Part shown: piece after piece, positions 1-10,013 of the stretch
Layout of the letters: each line of letters opens with the position of its first letter
Position numbering within the stretch: position 1 is the first letter of the stretch
DNA from: an uncultured delta proteobacterium
GTDB lineage: Bacteria; Myxococcota_A; Polyangia; Polyangiales; JAFGIB01
Assembly (NCBI GenBank): GCA_963778655.1
Contig: CAVZVA010000011.1
Coordinates: 544,001-608,000 of the forward strand
DNA: 64,000 nt
Reading direction: 5' to 3'
Program-made: the position numbers and the translations under genes
Notes under the pieces: generated by a model
Databases searched by the model: none
What the model was told of the DNA's origin: nothing
What the model saw: only the letters and a program-made list of their open reading frames with translations

Positions 1-23
1 CAATATGGTCGGTGCTCTAGTTT

Positions 24-1418
24 CTAGTGCCCCGAGCCCTTGAACGCCGCCAGCAGCTCGGTCACCACCTTCTTGGCGTCGCCGAACACGAGCATGGTCT
101 TGTCCAGGTAGAACAGCTCGTTGTCCACACCGGCGAAGCCGGGGTTCATGCTGCGCTTGACGAAGATCACCGTGCGCGCTTTGTCCACGTCCAGGATCGG
201 CATGCCGTAGAGCGGCGAGCTCTTGTTGGTGCGTGCGGCCGGATTGGTCACGTCGTTGGCGCCCAGCACGATCGCCACGTCAGCCTCGGGAAACAGCGGG
301 TTGATGCGCTCCATCTCCCACAGCTGATCGTAGGGCACGTCGGCCTCGGCCAGCAGCACGTTCATGTGGCCCGGCATGCGGCCCGCCACCGGGTGGATGG
401 CGTACTTGACGTCGGTGCCGTGCGCCGCGAGCGTGTCCGCGAGCTCCTTGATCGCGTGCTGTGCCTGAGCCACCGCCATGCCGTAGCCCGGGACGATGAT
501 CACCATGCGCGTGTCGTCGAGCACGGCCTTGGCATCGTCGATGGTGTAGCCCTGCACCGTCTTGCCGCCGGGAGAGACGCCTCCACCGGCGCCGGCGACC
601 ACCTGGCCCACCCCGCCGAACAGCACGTTGGCGAACGATCGGTTCATCGCACGGCACATCAGGATCGACAGGATCAAGCCCGAGGTGCCGTCGAGCGCGC
701 CGGCGACGATCAGCAGCTTGTTGCCGAGCACGAAGCCCATCGCACAGGACGACAAGCCCGCGTACGAGTTGAGAATCGCAATCACGGTCGGCATGTCGGC
801 GCCGCCGATCGGAATGATCAGCAGCACACCGAAGGTGAGCGCCGCCGCGATCAGCAGGTACAGCGCCATGGTCGCGCCGGGGTCGATCGCGACCCAGGCG
901 CCGGAGAGCAGCGCCAGGCTGAGCGTGCCCAGACTGACCAGGTTGCGGCCCGGGTAGACGATCGGGCGCGTGGGCAGGATCTCCTGCAGCTTGCCGAAGG
1001 CCATCATGCTGCCGGTGAAGGTCAGGAACCCGAGCAGCATCTCGGTGGCGAGGGCGCCGGCCGTGAAGCCCGCGATCGCGGGCGCGTTCTCGTGGTATTC
1101 GGCCACGCCCACCAGCGCAGCGGCCAGACCGCCGAACGCGTGCGAGAGCGCGGTCCGCTGCGGGACCGCCGTCATCGGCATGATCACCGCCATCGGCACT
1201 CCGATGATCGAGCCGATTACCAGCGCCACCGCGATCCAGGTGTAGCCCTGCGCGCTGAAACCGCCCGCGACCAGGGTCCCCACCACGGCCAGCACCATGG
1301 CGGCGCTTCCGGCCCAGTTCCCGCGGCGCGCGGTCTTGACCTGGCCCATCCACTTGAGCGCGAGGATGAACAGCGCCGCCGCCGCCAGATAGATGTATTG
1401 CACCAGGGAGCTCTGCAT
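24..1418 (-). CDS. pntB: NAD(P) transhydrogenase subunit beta
   Basis: Multi-TM N-terminus; PIGGADMP, VPGYGMAVAQAQH, AIHPVAGRMPGHMNVLLAEA, GANDVTNP and KRSM motifs of the NADP(H)-binding domain III. Confidence 0.97.
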   Translation of the reverse strand: MQSSLVQYIYLAAAALFILALKWMGQVKTARRGNWAGSAAMVLAVVGTLVAGGFSAQGYTWIAVALVIGSIIGVPMAVIMPMTAVPQRTALSHAFGGLAAALVGVAEYHENAPAIAGFTAGALATEMLLGFLTFTGSMMAFGKLQEILPTRPIVYPGRNLVSLGTLSLALLSGAWVAIDPGATMALYLLIAAALTFGVLLIIPIGGADMPTVIAILNSYAGLSSCAMGFVLGNKLLIVAGALDGTSGLILSILMCRAMNRSFANVLFGGVGQVVAGAGGGVSPGGKTVQGYTIDDAKAVLDDTRMVIIVPGYGMAVAQAQHAIKELADTLAAHGTDVKYAIHPVAGRMPGHMNVLLAEADVPYDQLWEMERINPLFPEADVAIVLGANDVTNPAARTNKSSPLYGMPILDVDKARTVIFVKRSMNPGFAGVDNELFYLDKTMLVFGDAKKVVTELLAAFKGSGH

Positions 1419-1448
1419 GGAGTGCGCTCTCGTTGCGGCGAGCCGACG

Positions 1449-1742
1449 CTAGCCCTGGCGCTTCTTGAACATCTTCAAGATGCGCTCGGTGATCATGAAG
1501 CCGCCCACGGCGTTGATCGCGGAGCAGGCGATCGCGATCGCGCCCAGCACGGTAGATAGGGGATCGGTCTGGCGCCCGGTGATGATCAGCGAGCCCACCA
1601 CCGCGATCGAAGCGATGGCGTTCGTGAGCGACATCAGCGGAGTGTGCAGCAGCCGTGACACCCCACGGATGAGCTCGAGGCCCAGGAAGCTGGCCAGCAC
1701 GAAGACGAACAGGTTGTCGAGCAGACCCGAGGGAGCGTTCAT
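1449..1742 (-). CDS. pntA: NAD(P) transhydrogenase subunit alpha, part 2 (membrane part, PntAb)
   Basis: LHTPLMSLTNAI and INAVGGFMITERILKMF motifs; 97 aa, directly upstream of pntB. Confidence 0.93.
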   Translation of the reverse strand: MNAPSGLLDNLFVFVLASFLGLELIRGVSRLLHTPLMSLTNAIASIAVVGSLIITGRQTDPLSTVLGAIAIACSAINAVGGFMITERILKMFKKRQG

Positions 1743-1980
1743 CGTCAGATCCCGATTAGGTTGGGGGCGGGGGGCTGGCGACCCACCTTCGGGGCGCAGC
1801 TCCTAGCAGATGCACAGTCCCCGTGCAAATCGGGGGCCGAGCCCCCAGAAGCACGATCGCGGGCCCGTGGCGGCCGGGGCGCGGGTCCGCGTTTGCAAAC
1901 CTTGACCCCGCGGAGGTCTTGCGGGATAAACGCCCGCCGCAACTGCCGGGCTCCTCAGCGGTCCCGGCTCGGGAGCCGAC

Positions 1981-4059
1981 GTGCCGCGCCTTTCCCTTTA
2001 TGCCATAGCGATGGGCCTGCTGGCCCTGGCCGTCGCCCTCGGGCTTTACCTGCGGGTCAAGTCCGCGGCCGAGGGCAACGAGCAAATGGCGCGCATCGCG
2101 CGCTACATTCGGGACGGCGCCATGGCCTTCCTGGTCCGCGAGTACAAGGTGCTCGCGATCTACGCCGTGGTGGTTTCGAGCCTGCTCTTCCTGGCGTTTC
2201 AGAGCCATGGGCTGGGCGTGCACGCGGCCTGCGCCTTCCTGTCGGGCGCGTTCCTCTCGCTGCTGGCCGGCTTCTTCGGCATGAAGGCGGCCACCTACGC
2301 CAACGTGCGCACCACCGAAGCGGCCCGCTCCCGCGGCATGGGCCCGGCGCTGGTGATGGCGCTGGACGGGGGCGCGGTGATGGGCCTGTGCGTGGCCGGG
2401 TTGGGCCTGATCGGCCTCGGCTGCGTGTACCAGCTTTTCGGCCAGGCCGAGGAGCGCACGCTCGGCACGGTGATCCACGCCTTTGCGGTGGGTGCGTCGT
2501 CGATCGCGCTGTTCGCCCGCATCGGCGGCGGCATCTACACTAAGGCGGCCGACGTGGGCGCCGACATCGTGGGCAAGGTCGAGGCCAACATCCCGGAGGA
2601 CGACCCGCGCAACCCTGGCGTGATCGCCGACAACGTGGGCGACAATGTGGGCGACGTGGCCGGGATGGGCGCGGACATCTACGAGAGCTACGTGGCTGCG
2701 ATCGTCGCTGCGATGGCGCTGGGTCTGACCATGCCGATCGGGGATCTGCAGCCGCTGGCGCCTGGCGTGGGCGATGAAACGACCCTGCGCGGCCTGGCCG
2801 TGGCCGTGCCCATCCTGCTGGCCACGCTGGGGCTGGGGGTGTCGCTGCTCGGCATCCTGATCACGCGCACGCTCAGCGCGCTGCCGCCGGCCCGCGTCCT
2901 GCGCATGGCGCTCATGCTGCCCCCCTTGCTGGCCATCGCCGCTGCGTTCTTCGTGCTGCCGGCCGTGGGCGTGGCGGAGAGCGTGCTGGTTACGCTCGGA
3001 GCCGGCGCTCTTGGCGGCGCGATCGTCGGGCTGGTCACGGATTACTACACCTCGATGGGACCGGTGCGGAAGATCGCGACCGCCTCGCTGACGGGCCCGG
3101 GAACCAACGTCATCGCCGGCTTGGCCGTGGGCCTGGAGAGCTGCGCGGTACCGCTGGTCACGCTGTGCGTGGTCGGCTTCGTCTCGAGCCAGGTGCTCGG
3201 TCTCTACGGCATCGCGCTGGCCGCGGTCGGAATGCTGGCCGGCACCGCCGTGGTGATGACCGTCGACGCCTACGGGCCGATCGCGGACAACGCCGGGGGC
3301 ATCTCCGAGATGAGCGGCCTCGGTCCGGACGTGCGCAAGATCACCGACGAGCTCGACTCTGTGGGCAACACCACGGCTGCGGTCGGCAAGGGCTTTGCGA
3401 TCGGCTCGGCCGTGCTAACCGTCGTCGCGCTGTTCTCGGCCTTCAACATGGAGGTCAATGCCGGCCGCGCGCTGCGCGGCGAGGAAGCGCTCAAGCTCAA
3501 CCTGATCGATGCCCATGTGCTGATGGGCGTGCTGTTCGGCGCCGTGCTGCCGTGTCTGGTGGCGGCTTCGACCATGAACGCGGTGGGGCGCGCGGCAGGC
3601 GCGATCGTCGAGGAGATCCGGCGCCAGTTCCGCGAGATTCCCGGCCTGCTCGAGGGCAAGCCCGGCGCGGAGCCTCAGCCCGCGCACATCGTGGACCTGG
3701 CCACGACCGCAGCGATCCGGGAGATGCTGTTTCCGGGCTCGATCGCCATCGTGGCGCCGGTGCTGGTCGGCTTCCTGCTCGGAGCCAAGGTGCTCGCGGG
3801 CGCGCTGGCCGGCGCGCTGGCCGTGGGCGCGACGCTCTCGCTGTTGATGGCGAACGGCGGCGGCGCCTGGGACAACGCCAAGAAGCTGATCGAAAAGGGC
3901 GGCCTTCCCGGCCACGGCAAGGGCTCGGACGCGCACAAGGCGGCCGTTGTCGGCGACACCGTGGGCGATCCCTTCAAGGACACCTCCGGCCCGGGCGTCT
4001 CCATCCTGATCAAGGTGATGGGCGTGGTCTCGCTGCTGATCGCCCCGCTGCTGAGCTGA
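1981..4059 (+). CDS. hppA: Membrane-bound ion-translocating pyrophosphatase, K+-dependent type
   Basis: [56 protein letters not shown] and [14 protein letters not shown] motifs. Confidence 0.96.
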   Translation: MPRLSLYAIAMGLLALAVALGLYLRVKSAAEGNEQMARIARYIRDGAMAFLVREYKVLAIYAVVVSSLLFLAFQSHGLGVHAACAFLSGAFLSLLAGFFGMKAATYANVRTTEAARSRGMGPALVMALDGGAVMGLCVAGLGLIGLGCVYQLFGQAEERTLGTVIHAFAVGASSIALFARIGGGIYTKAADVGADIVGKVEANIPEDDPRNPGVIADNVGDNVGDVAGMGADIYESYVAAIVAAMALGLTMPIGDLQPLAPGVGDETTLRGLAVAVPILLATLGLGVSLLGILITRTLSALPPARVLRMALMLPPLLAIAAAFFVLPAVGVAESVLVTLGAGALGGAIVGLVTDYYTSMGPVRKIATASLTGPGTNVIAGLAVGLESCAVPLVTLCVVGFVSSQVLGLYGIALAAVGMLAGTAVVMTVDAYGPIADNAGGISEMSGLGPDVRKITDELDSVGNTTAAVGKGFAIGSAVLTVVALFSAFNMEVNAGRALRGEEALKLNLIDAHVLMGVLFGAVLPCLVAASTMNAVGRAAGAIVEEIRRQFREIPGLLEGKPGAEPQPAHIVDLATTAAIREMLFPGSIAIVAPVLVGFLLGAKVLAGALAGALAVGATLSLLMANGGGAWDNAKKLIEKGGLPGHGKGSDAHKAAVVGDTVGDPFKDTSGPGVSILIKVMGVVSLLIAPLLS

Positions 4060-4507
4060 CCTCCGCGCCAGCCGGCAACCGGCTCACACAGTCGCAATCG
4101 CGCCGCTGCCCGCCGTGTGGCCGCGCGCGTCACGCTCCCAAGACGCAAACCACGCCTCGTCAGGCCAGGGCGTGCGATCCCGGTCGCAGTCGGCCACGAC
4201 CTCGTCCGCGCGTCGTGCCCCGAGTCGCGCTCGCCGTCGTCGCGCCCACGCTCTCATCACCCGCGCCTGCGCCCGGCAGCAGCCGAGCCCTCGCTCGCGC
4301 CCGTGCAGGCGTTGCGCAGGGTCCCGCAGCGGGCGCCCGAAGCGCGACCGCCCCGCCGCCCACCACCCCGCAGGCGCGACCCTGCCGCGCCGGGGCGTGG
4401 GCCTCCGTGCACAGCCAGTCGGCATCAGCCGCACGCAGCGCCGCCGCCTGCCGCCGCCAGGCCGGCTGCCCGCTCGGGGCGCGGGGCCGGGCCCCCCCTC
4501 CGCCTGC

Positions 4508-6094
4508 TCAGGGCGCGGCGGCCGCGGGCTGCTTGTTGGCTGCGGGCTTGGGCTTGGCCGCCGCCGGCTTGGCGGATTTCTTGGGTTTGGCCGCGCCGGC
4601 TTTCGCGTGCTCGCCGGTCGCCTTGGCGCCCTCGGTGCTCGCACCGCCGTCTGGACCCGCATCCACGCCGCCGTCGAGACCGCCGTCGAGGCCGCCGTCC
4701 GGGCCGGCGTCGGGCCCCAGGTCGTCCTCCAGGTCGCCGAGGTCGATGCCGCCACCCTGATCGCCGCCCTCGCCCCCGCCAGGAGGCGCTTGCGCCTCCA
4801 CCGGGGCCGTGAAGTCGTCGGTGTGCAGCAAGCTCGGCAGCCAGGTGCAGATCTCCGGCACATAGCAGACCACCATCAGCGTGGCGAACAAGACCCCGAT
4901 GAACGGCAACACCACGCGATACAGGTAGGTGACCGGTTTGCCGAAGCGCAGGCTCGAGATGAACAGGTTGATGCCGAGCGGCGGCGCGAGATAAGCGATC
5001 TCCAAGTTGAGCAAGAAGATGATCGCGAAGTGGAACGGGTCGAGCCCATAGGCCCGCGCCAGCGGCAGCACCAGCGGCACGGCGACCACGATCGCCGTGA
5101 AGATCTCCATGAACATGCCCACGATGATCAGGAACACGTTGAGCGTGAGCATGAAGATCAGCTTCGAGGCGATCAGCGTCTCGAGCATGTCGAGCAGCTT
5201 GGTCGGGATCTCGTCCTGGATCATCCAAGCGGTGAAGCCGATGCCGCACGAGAGGATGATCAGGATGGCGCCGACCAGCGTCATCGAGTCGACCACGATG
5301 CGCGGCAGATCCTTGCGGATCGACACGTCGCGATAGACGAAGACCTCGATGATCAGCACGTAGACCGCGGTGAAAGCCGAGGCCTCGTGGATGCGCAGCA
5401 CGCCGGTGAACAGGCCACCGAGCAGCACCACCGGAATGGTGGCCTCCCATTTCGCCTTCCACAACGTGCTCCAGGCGCGCTTCCACTTGAACGGAACCGG
5501 CTTGTAGTTGGAGCGCTTGCCGACCCAAGCCGCATAGACCGACAGCACCAACACCACCAGGATGCCGGGCACGATGCCCGCGAGCATCAACTTCTCCATG
5601 TTGACGTTCGCGATGATGCCGTAGAGGATCAACGGCACGCAGGGAGGGAACAGGATGCCGAGCGAGCCGCCGGTCGTGACCAGGCCGTAGGAGAAGTCCT
5701 CCGGGTACTTCTCCTGCAGCATAGTAGGCAGCAGCAGGCCGCCGACCGCGACGATGGTGATGCCGCTGCCACCGGTGAAGGTGGTGAAGAAGGCCGAAGC
5801 CATCAGGCAGACCACCGCCAGCCCGCCGGGCATCCAGCCCAACCAAGCGCGCGAGAGATCGATCAGGCGCCCCGGCATGCCGGACTCGGCCAGCAGATAG
5901 CCGGCGAAGGTGAACAGCGGGATGGTCATCAGCGTGGGGTTCTCGGCGAACTTCGCGCTGAAGACATCGATGCCGACCGAGGCCCAGGAGCCTTCTGGCA
6001 TCTGCAAGAACTTGGCGATCGCCGCGGCGCTGAACAGGCAGAACAGCGGCGCGCCGATCAGCGCGAGCACGATCAAGCCGACCAGGACGATCAT
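4508..6094 (-). CDS. dctM: TRAP transporter large permease (DctM) with acidic then Lys/Ala-rich C-terminal tail
   Basis: IPLFTFAG, GGSLGILFPP, AGIVPG and APPLGINLF DctM motifs. Confidence 0.93.
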   Translation of the reverse strand: MIVLVGLIVLALIGAPLFCLFSAAAIAKFLQMPEGSWASVGIDVFSAKFAENPTLMTIPLFTFAGYLLAESGMPGRLIDLSRAWLGWMPGGLAVVCLMASAFFTTFTGGSGITIVAVGGLLLPTMLQEKYPEDFSYGLVTTGGSLGILFPPCVPLILYGIIANVNMEKLMLAGIVPGILVVLVLSVYAAWVGKRSNYKPVPFKWKRAWSTLWKAKWEATIPVVLLGGLFTGVLRIHEASAFTAVYVLIIEVFVYRDVSIRKDLPRIVVDSMTLVGAILIILSCGIGFTAWMIQDEIPTKLLDMLETLIASKLIFMLTLNVFLIIVGMFMEIFTAIVVAVPLVLPLARAYGLDPFHFAIIFLLNLEIAYLAPPLGINLFISSLRFGKPVTYLYRVVLPFIGVLFATLMVVCYVPEICTWLPSLLHTDDFTAPVEAQAPPGGGEGGDQGGGIDLGDLEDDLGPDAGPDGGLDGGLDGGVDAGPDGGASTEGAKATGEHAKAGAAKPKKSAKPAAAKPKPAANKQPAAAAP

Positions 6095-6855
6095 GACTGG
6101 CCTCCCTTCGTCGGCTCGGGCTCGTCACCGCCGGTGTGCAGCACGGACTGCTGTTGGGCCAGTATCCGTCTGCGTTCCTCCTCCTCGGCGACGGCTATCG
6201 CCTCCTCACCTCCCAACACGGTACCGAAGTAGCCGATGCCCTGCGCGATCAGGCGGATTGCGATGGCGAAAAACATCACCGGCACGATCAGCTGGAACGC
6301 CGCACCCGGAGTCTCCGCGGGAATGCCGACGGAGTTCAGGATGGAACGGAAGAAGCAGAAGACGGTCGGCTTGCTGAAGTCCTCGAGGCCCTTGAGCTCG
6401 GCCGGCGTGGCATCGCAGACGTGCATCGGGCCATTGGGGCCGAGCAGCTCATACTCGACCGGCCGTTCGGTCAGGTTGAGCTCCACCGCCTTCGAGAAGG
6501 AGTAGGTGAGCCCGAGCGTGATGAAGCCCGCCAGCACCCCGCTTATGGCGAGCATCCAGTACTTGCCCTTGGGTGGCGCCAGGCGCAGCAACACGTCGAT
6601 CGCGATGTGCTTGTGCTTGTAGGTCGCCATCGAGGCGCCCAGGAATGCAAGCCACAGCGTGCCTTTGCGCAGGAACGAGTCGGCCCACTCCATGTTGGTC
6701 AGCAGGTCGTTGGCCCACTGGACGTCGAAGCGCGTCAGGTTGCGGATGCCTGCCTGGAACCCGGCGACCAGCACCATGAGGATCAACACCCCCACGGTAA
6801 GCCAGCTCTCGCCGCGCGCCCATGCGCGGTCCACTCGACGAAGGAAGTCCATCAT
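6091..6855 (-). CDS. dctQ: TRAP transporter small permease (DctQ) with periplasmic insertion
   Basis: 4-TM pattern, WLAFLGA...HIAIDV; stop overlaps dctM start (ATGA); alternative GTG start at 6867. Confidence 0.88.
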   Translation of the reverse strand: MMDFLRRVDRAWARGESWLTVGVLILMVLVAGFQAGIRNLTRFDVQWANDLLTNMEWADSFLRKGTLWLAFLGASMATYKHKHIAIDVLLRLAPPKGKYWMLAISGVLAGFITLGLTYSFSKAVELNLTERPVEYELLGPNGPMHVCDATPAELKGLEDFSKPTVFCFFRSILNSVGIPAETPGAAFQLIVPVMFFAIAIRLIAQGIGYFGTVLGGEEAIAVAEEEERRRILAQQQSVLHTGGDEPEPTKGGQS

Positions 6856-7020
6856 GTTGCGTCTCACTTCACCCGTTTGGGTCGGGGCCCTTCGATCGGC
6901 CGTGGCGAAAGCTCCCGCCGCGGCCCAATAGCGCGCTCGAATTGCGCAAGAAATCCTCTGTTTGTGGCGGGCCTTCCCGAGCTCGCTCCGCCGGGCCGCT
7001 GCCCGTAGCGACCGCCGGCC

Positions 7021-7950
7021 TCAATCGTAGAAGAGCTCGTCGATCTTCTTGAGCAACCGTTCGGCCTGATGCCGCGCGAGCTTGTTGGGGAGGCGGTACT
7101 TCTCGACGTCTGGGGCCTGCAGCACTTCCATCAGCAAGCGCTGGAACATGGCCCGATCCTGGAGCGCCACCGCGCACCGCTCGGCCATCGCCACCAGGAT
7201 GCCGTGATTGGTGCGGTGCTCGACCTCGGCCGCCTTCTCCATCAACTTCAGCCCGACCTTGGGCCGGCCGCCCACGGCTTCGGGCATGGTGCACTCGATC
7301 GTGCCGAGCAGCAGCAGGCCCTGACCGCCGCTGATCGTCGGGTCGAGCTCGACCGAACGTTCGACCATGTACCGCGCGTACGGCAGGTCCACCGCCGCGG
7401 CGAGGCCGTCTTCGGACTCGATCATCGACACCAGGTAGCCCAACGCCGCGGTCAGCAAGGGCTCGGCGTCCTTCTTCTCGAAGAAGTTCGCGTCGATCCA
7501 CTTGTTGAACTTGTCGCTGCCGCCGGCCACGGCCGCGTCGAAGTTCGAGTCGCGCAAGCGCAGCAGGCGTTTGGAATAGTACAGCGCCCGCGCGTACAAC
7601 AATCCGGCGCGCTTATTGAGCTTCTCCACCCTGTCGTAGTTGCCGTCGATCTCCGCCTGGTCGGCTTCGGCTTGCAGCCAGCCCACCCCGTAGGCCACGT
7701 TGGAGAAGATCGTCCCCATCAGCAGCGGCTCGTAGTCGGGAACAAAATAGATCAGGCCTTCGTTGGTCACGGTGCCGGCCGCAACCACCGGACCCAGCAT
7801 CTCGGGATCGGCGAACGCGCTGCCGCGTTCCTTGGTGAACTCCGCGGTGCCGTCGACGGTCCCCTTGACGAGGATGGAGGTGAGATTGCACCCGGCCAGC
7901 AGGCAGGTCAGGGCGGCCAGCGCCGGATAGAGGATTTTTGTGCCTTTCAT
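7021..7950 (-). CDS. TRAP-T (TatT family) lipoprotein
   Basis: Start MKGTK at 7950, lipobox LLAGC, helical TPR-like body, NKLARHQAERLL..IDELF end; upstream of dctQM. Confidence 0.85.
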   Translation of the reverse strand: MKGTKILYPALAALTCLLAGCNLTSILVKGTVDGTAEFTKERGSAFADPEMLGPVVAAGTVTNEGLIYFVPDYEPLLMGTIFSNVAYGVGWLQAEADQAEIDGNYDRVEKLNKRAGLLYARALYYSKRLLRLRDSNFDAAVAGGSDKFNKWIDANFFEKKDAEPLLTAALGYLVSMIESEDGLAAAVDLPYARYMVERSVELDPTISGGQGLLLLGTIECTMPEAVGGRPKVGLKLMEKAAEVEHRTNHGILVAMAERCAVALQDRAMFQRLLMEVLQAPDVEKYRLPNKLARHQAERLLKKIDELFYD

Positions 7951-8099
7951 CGCCCGCCCTTGATATTCGCGTCGCCCGCAGCTGTCAACGCAGGTTTGCT
8001 GTCGCCGTGACGGCCATGAGCCGTCATCATTTCGGTGACGTGGCGCTGCCTTCGGCCCGCGGCTTGCTATGCTCCCGGCGCGGCTCGAGGTGGTCCTTC

Positions 8100-8612
8100 G
8101 TGTCGATCGCGACCCAGGTACTGAGACTTTGCACAGTCGCCATCGTGGGCTCTCTCGCCCTCGCATGGCTGCGGGGATTGCCCCCGCGTCAGAGCGCTCA
8201 CAGCGAGGCGGGCGGAGCCTGCCACGCACCCCCGTCGCTGGCGACCCCCGGTGAGGTGCGCTGGGTGACCCAGGACGAAGCACGCGCCCTGGTGGGACGC
8301 CAGGGCGTGGCGTTCGTCGACTGCCGGCCGCGCCTGCAGTTCGAGGCTGGGCACGTCACCGGGGCGATTCACTTCGACCCGACGCAGGCCAGCCCCGATC
8401 GCCAATTGTTCGAATCGCTCACGGGGGCGCGCACGGTGGTGACCTACTGCGACGCGGAGCGGCAGTGCGAACGCTCGCTCGCCATGGCGCGCAAGCTGCG
8501 CAAGGCGGGGCTTGCCGACGTGCGGGTGCTCGAGGGCGGTCTGCCCGGCTGGCTGCAGCACGGTTATCCCGCGGAATCGGGCACGTGCCCTCAGTGCGAG
8601 GCCTCCAAGTGA
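8100..8612 (+). CDS. Membrane-anchored rhodanese-like domain protein
   Basis: GTG start after GAGGTGG; FVDCRP..FEAGHVTGA, YCDAERQC and VLEGGLPGW motifs. Confidence 0.85.
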   Translation: MSIATQVLRLCTVAIVGSLALAWLRGLPPRQSAHSEAGGACHAPPSLATPGEVRWVTQDEARALVGRQGVAFVDCRPRLQFEAGHVTGAIHFDPTQASPDRQLFESLTGARTVVTYCDAERQCERSLAMARKLRKAGLADVRVLEGGLPGWLQHGYPAESGTCPQCEASK

Positions 8613-9064
8613 GGCTGCGGGCGCCGGCACCGCCGCGGGCGTTGCGACTGCTGGTCCGGCTGGGGCTGGCGGCGTTGTTCGTGTACGCGGGGGCGGCCAA
8701 GCTGGCCGACCCTGCCAGCTTCGCGCAGGAGATCGGCAACTACCGCGTGCTATCGGACACGCTCGGCCGCGCGCTGGCGGTGGGCCTGCCGGTGCTCGAG
8801 GTCGTCGCCGGTCTGGGCTTGCTGACCGGCACCTACATGCGTGGGGCCGCGGCGCTGTGCGGGCTGATGCTGCTGGCCTTCGCCGGGGCGATGGCGCAGG
8901 CCAAGCTCCGCGGGATCAACCTGGAGTGTGGGTGTTTCGGCGCCAGCGCCAAGCTGCAGGTCTCCTGGGCCAAGGTGACGCTCGACCTGTTGCTGGCTAT
9001 GCTTGCGGTATGGATCGCTTCGGCCGCCCAACGCGTGCCCGACACCCGGCAGGCGAGCGCTTGA
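8609..9064 (+). CDS. MauE/DoxX family redox membrane protein
   Basis: LFVYAGAAKLADP..FA..I.NY, LPVLE and INLECGCFG motifs; GTGA overlap with upstream stop. Confidence 0.88.
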   Translation: MRLRAPAPPRALRLLVRLGLAALFVYAGAAKLADPASFAQEIGNYRVLSDTLGRALAVGLPVLEVVAGLGLLTGTYMRGAAALCGLMLLAFAGAMAQAKLRGINLECGCFGASAKLQVSWAKVTLDLLLAMLAVWIASAAQRVPDTRQASA

Positions 9065-9657
9065 GCCTCCGCGGTCCGGCGCTGCTGTTGGCGTCCTGCC
9101 TGCTGTGCGGGCTGGGCGCCGGCCTGATGCCGCCGCGATCGGCCCACGCCAGCGTGGTGCTCGCGCTCTCGCTCGAGGATCTGACGCGCAAGGCCGACCT
9201 GATCGCGATCGTGGTGCCCACGGAGCAGCAGTCACGGATGCGCGACGATCAGCACCTGATCGTGACCGACGTGAGCCTGCGCCTGGAGCAGGTGCTCAAG
9301 GGCGACCTCAAGCCGGGCCAGACCGCAGTGGCGACCCTGCTCGGAGGCCGGATCGGCCAGCTCGCGCTGCAGGTGCCGGGCGAGGCCAGCCTGCCGGTGG
9401 GCCAGCGCGTGCTGGTGTTTCTGCAGCACGCGCCGCCGGAAGGCGAGCTGCACGCGGTCGGGATGTCGCAGGGCGTGATGGCGCTGAGCCAGCAGGGGAG
9501 GACCACGCTGGTGATGCCCGGGGGCAACGGCGCAGCGCTGATGGTGCCCGCGGCCAACGGCGCGTTGCAGGACGCACCGGACGCGCTGATGCAGCCTCAG
9601 CCGCTGGGCGCGTTGCTCGATCGCATCCGCGGGCTGGTCGCCGCGCAAGGGCACTGA
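9061..9657 (+). CDS. Secreted hypothetical protein
   Basis: TTGA overlap; signal peptide ending AHA, then SVVLALSLEDLTRKADLI...LGG...VPGEA...GMSQG. Confidence 0.72.
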   Translation: MSLRGPALLLASCLLCGLGAGLMPPRSAHASVVLALSLEDLTRKADLIAIVVPTEQQSRMRDDQHLIVTDVSLRLEQVLKGDLKPGQTAVATLLGGRIGQLALQVPGEASLPVGQRVLVFLQHAPPEGELHAVGMSQGVMALSQQGRTTLVMPGGNGAALMVPAANGALQDAPDALMQPQPLGALLDRIRGLVAAQGH

Positions 9658-10013
9658 GCCCGGACGGCGTGCGGCGGACGCGGGCGCCGTGTCGCTGTTC
9701 GACCAGACCGGCCATCGCCCTGCGCCACCGCCCGAGCCGCCAGTGCGACCGGCGGGCCGCCACCCCCGAGCCCACGGTTCGCTGCGCCCCGACCGCCGAA
9801 CCCATCAAGCCCCCGAGGGCACGCCGGCAGACAGGCTCGCGCCAACCGTAGCGCGCGTCCGCGGCGCCGGAACCGAGACTGCCCCACTCGCTTCGATGAT
9901 TGCGGGCACGAAGCGAAGATTGCTAGCTTCGGCGTCCGGCGGGAGGCATCCCGCGGATTCTGGCGCAACCGCTTCTCGCTCGCCCGACACGACCAGACAA
10001 CTGTCTCGCCGCC

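Noticed and set aside
4084..4260. Small minus-strand ORF ending WPDEAWFASWERDARG...
   Set aside because: No RBS or recognisable family; cannot be supported
8053..8068. Sigma54 promoter CGGCCCGCGGCTTGCT
   Set aside because: GG-N10-GC spacing fits, but it overlaps an equally good extended -10 (TGCTATGCT) and is likely by chance at this GC content
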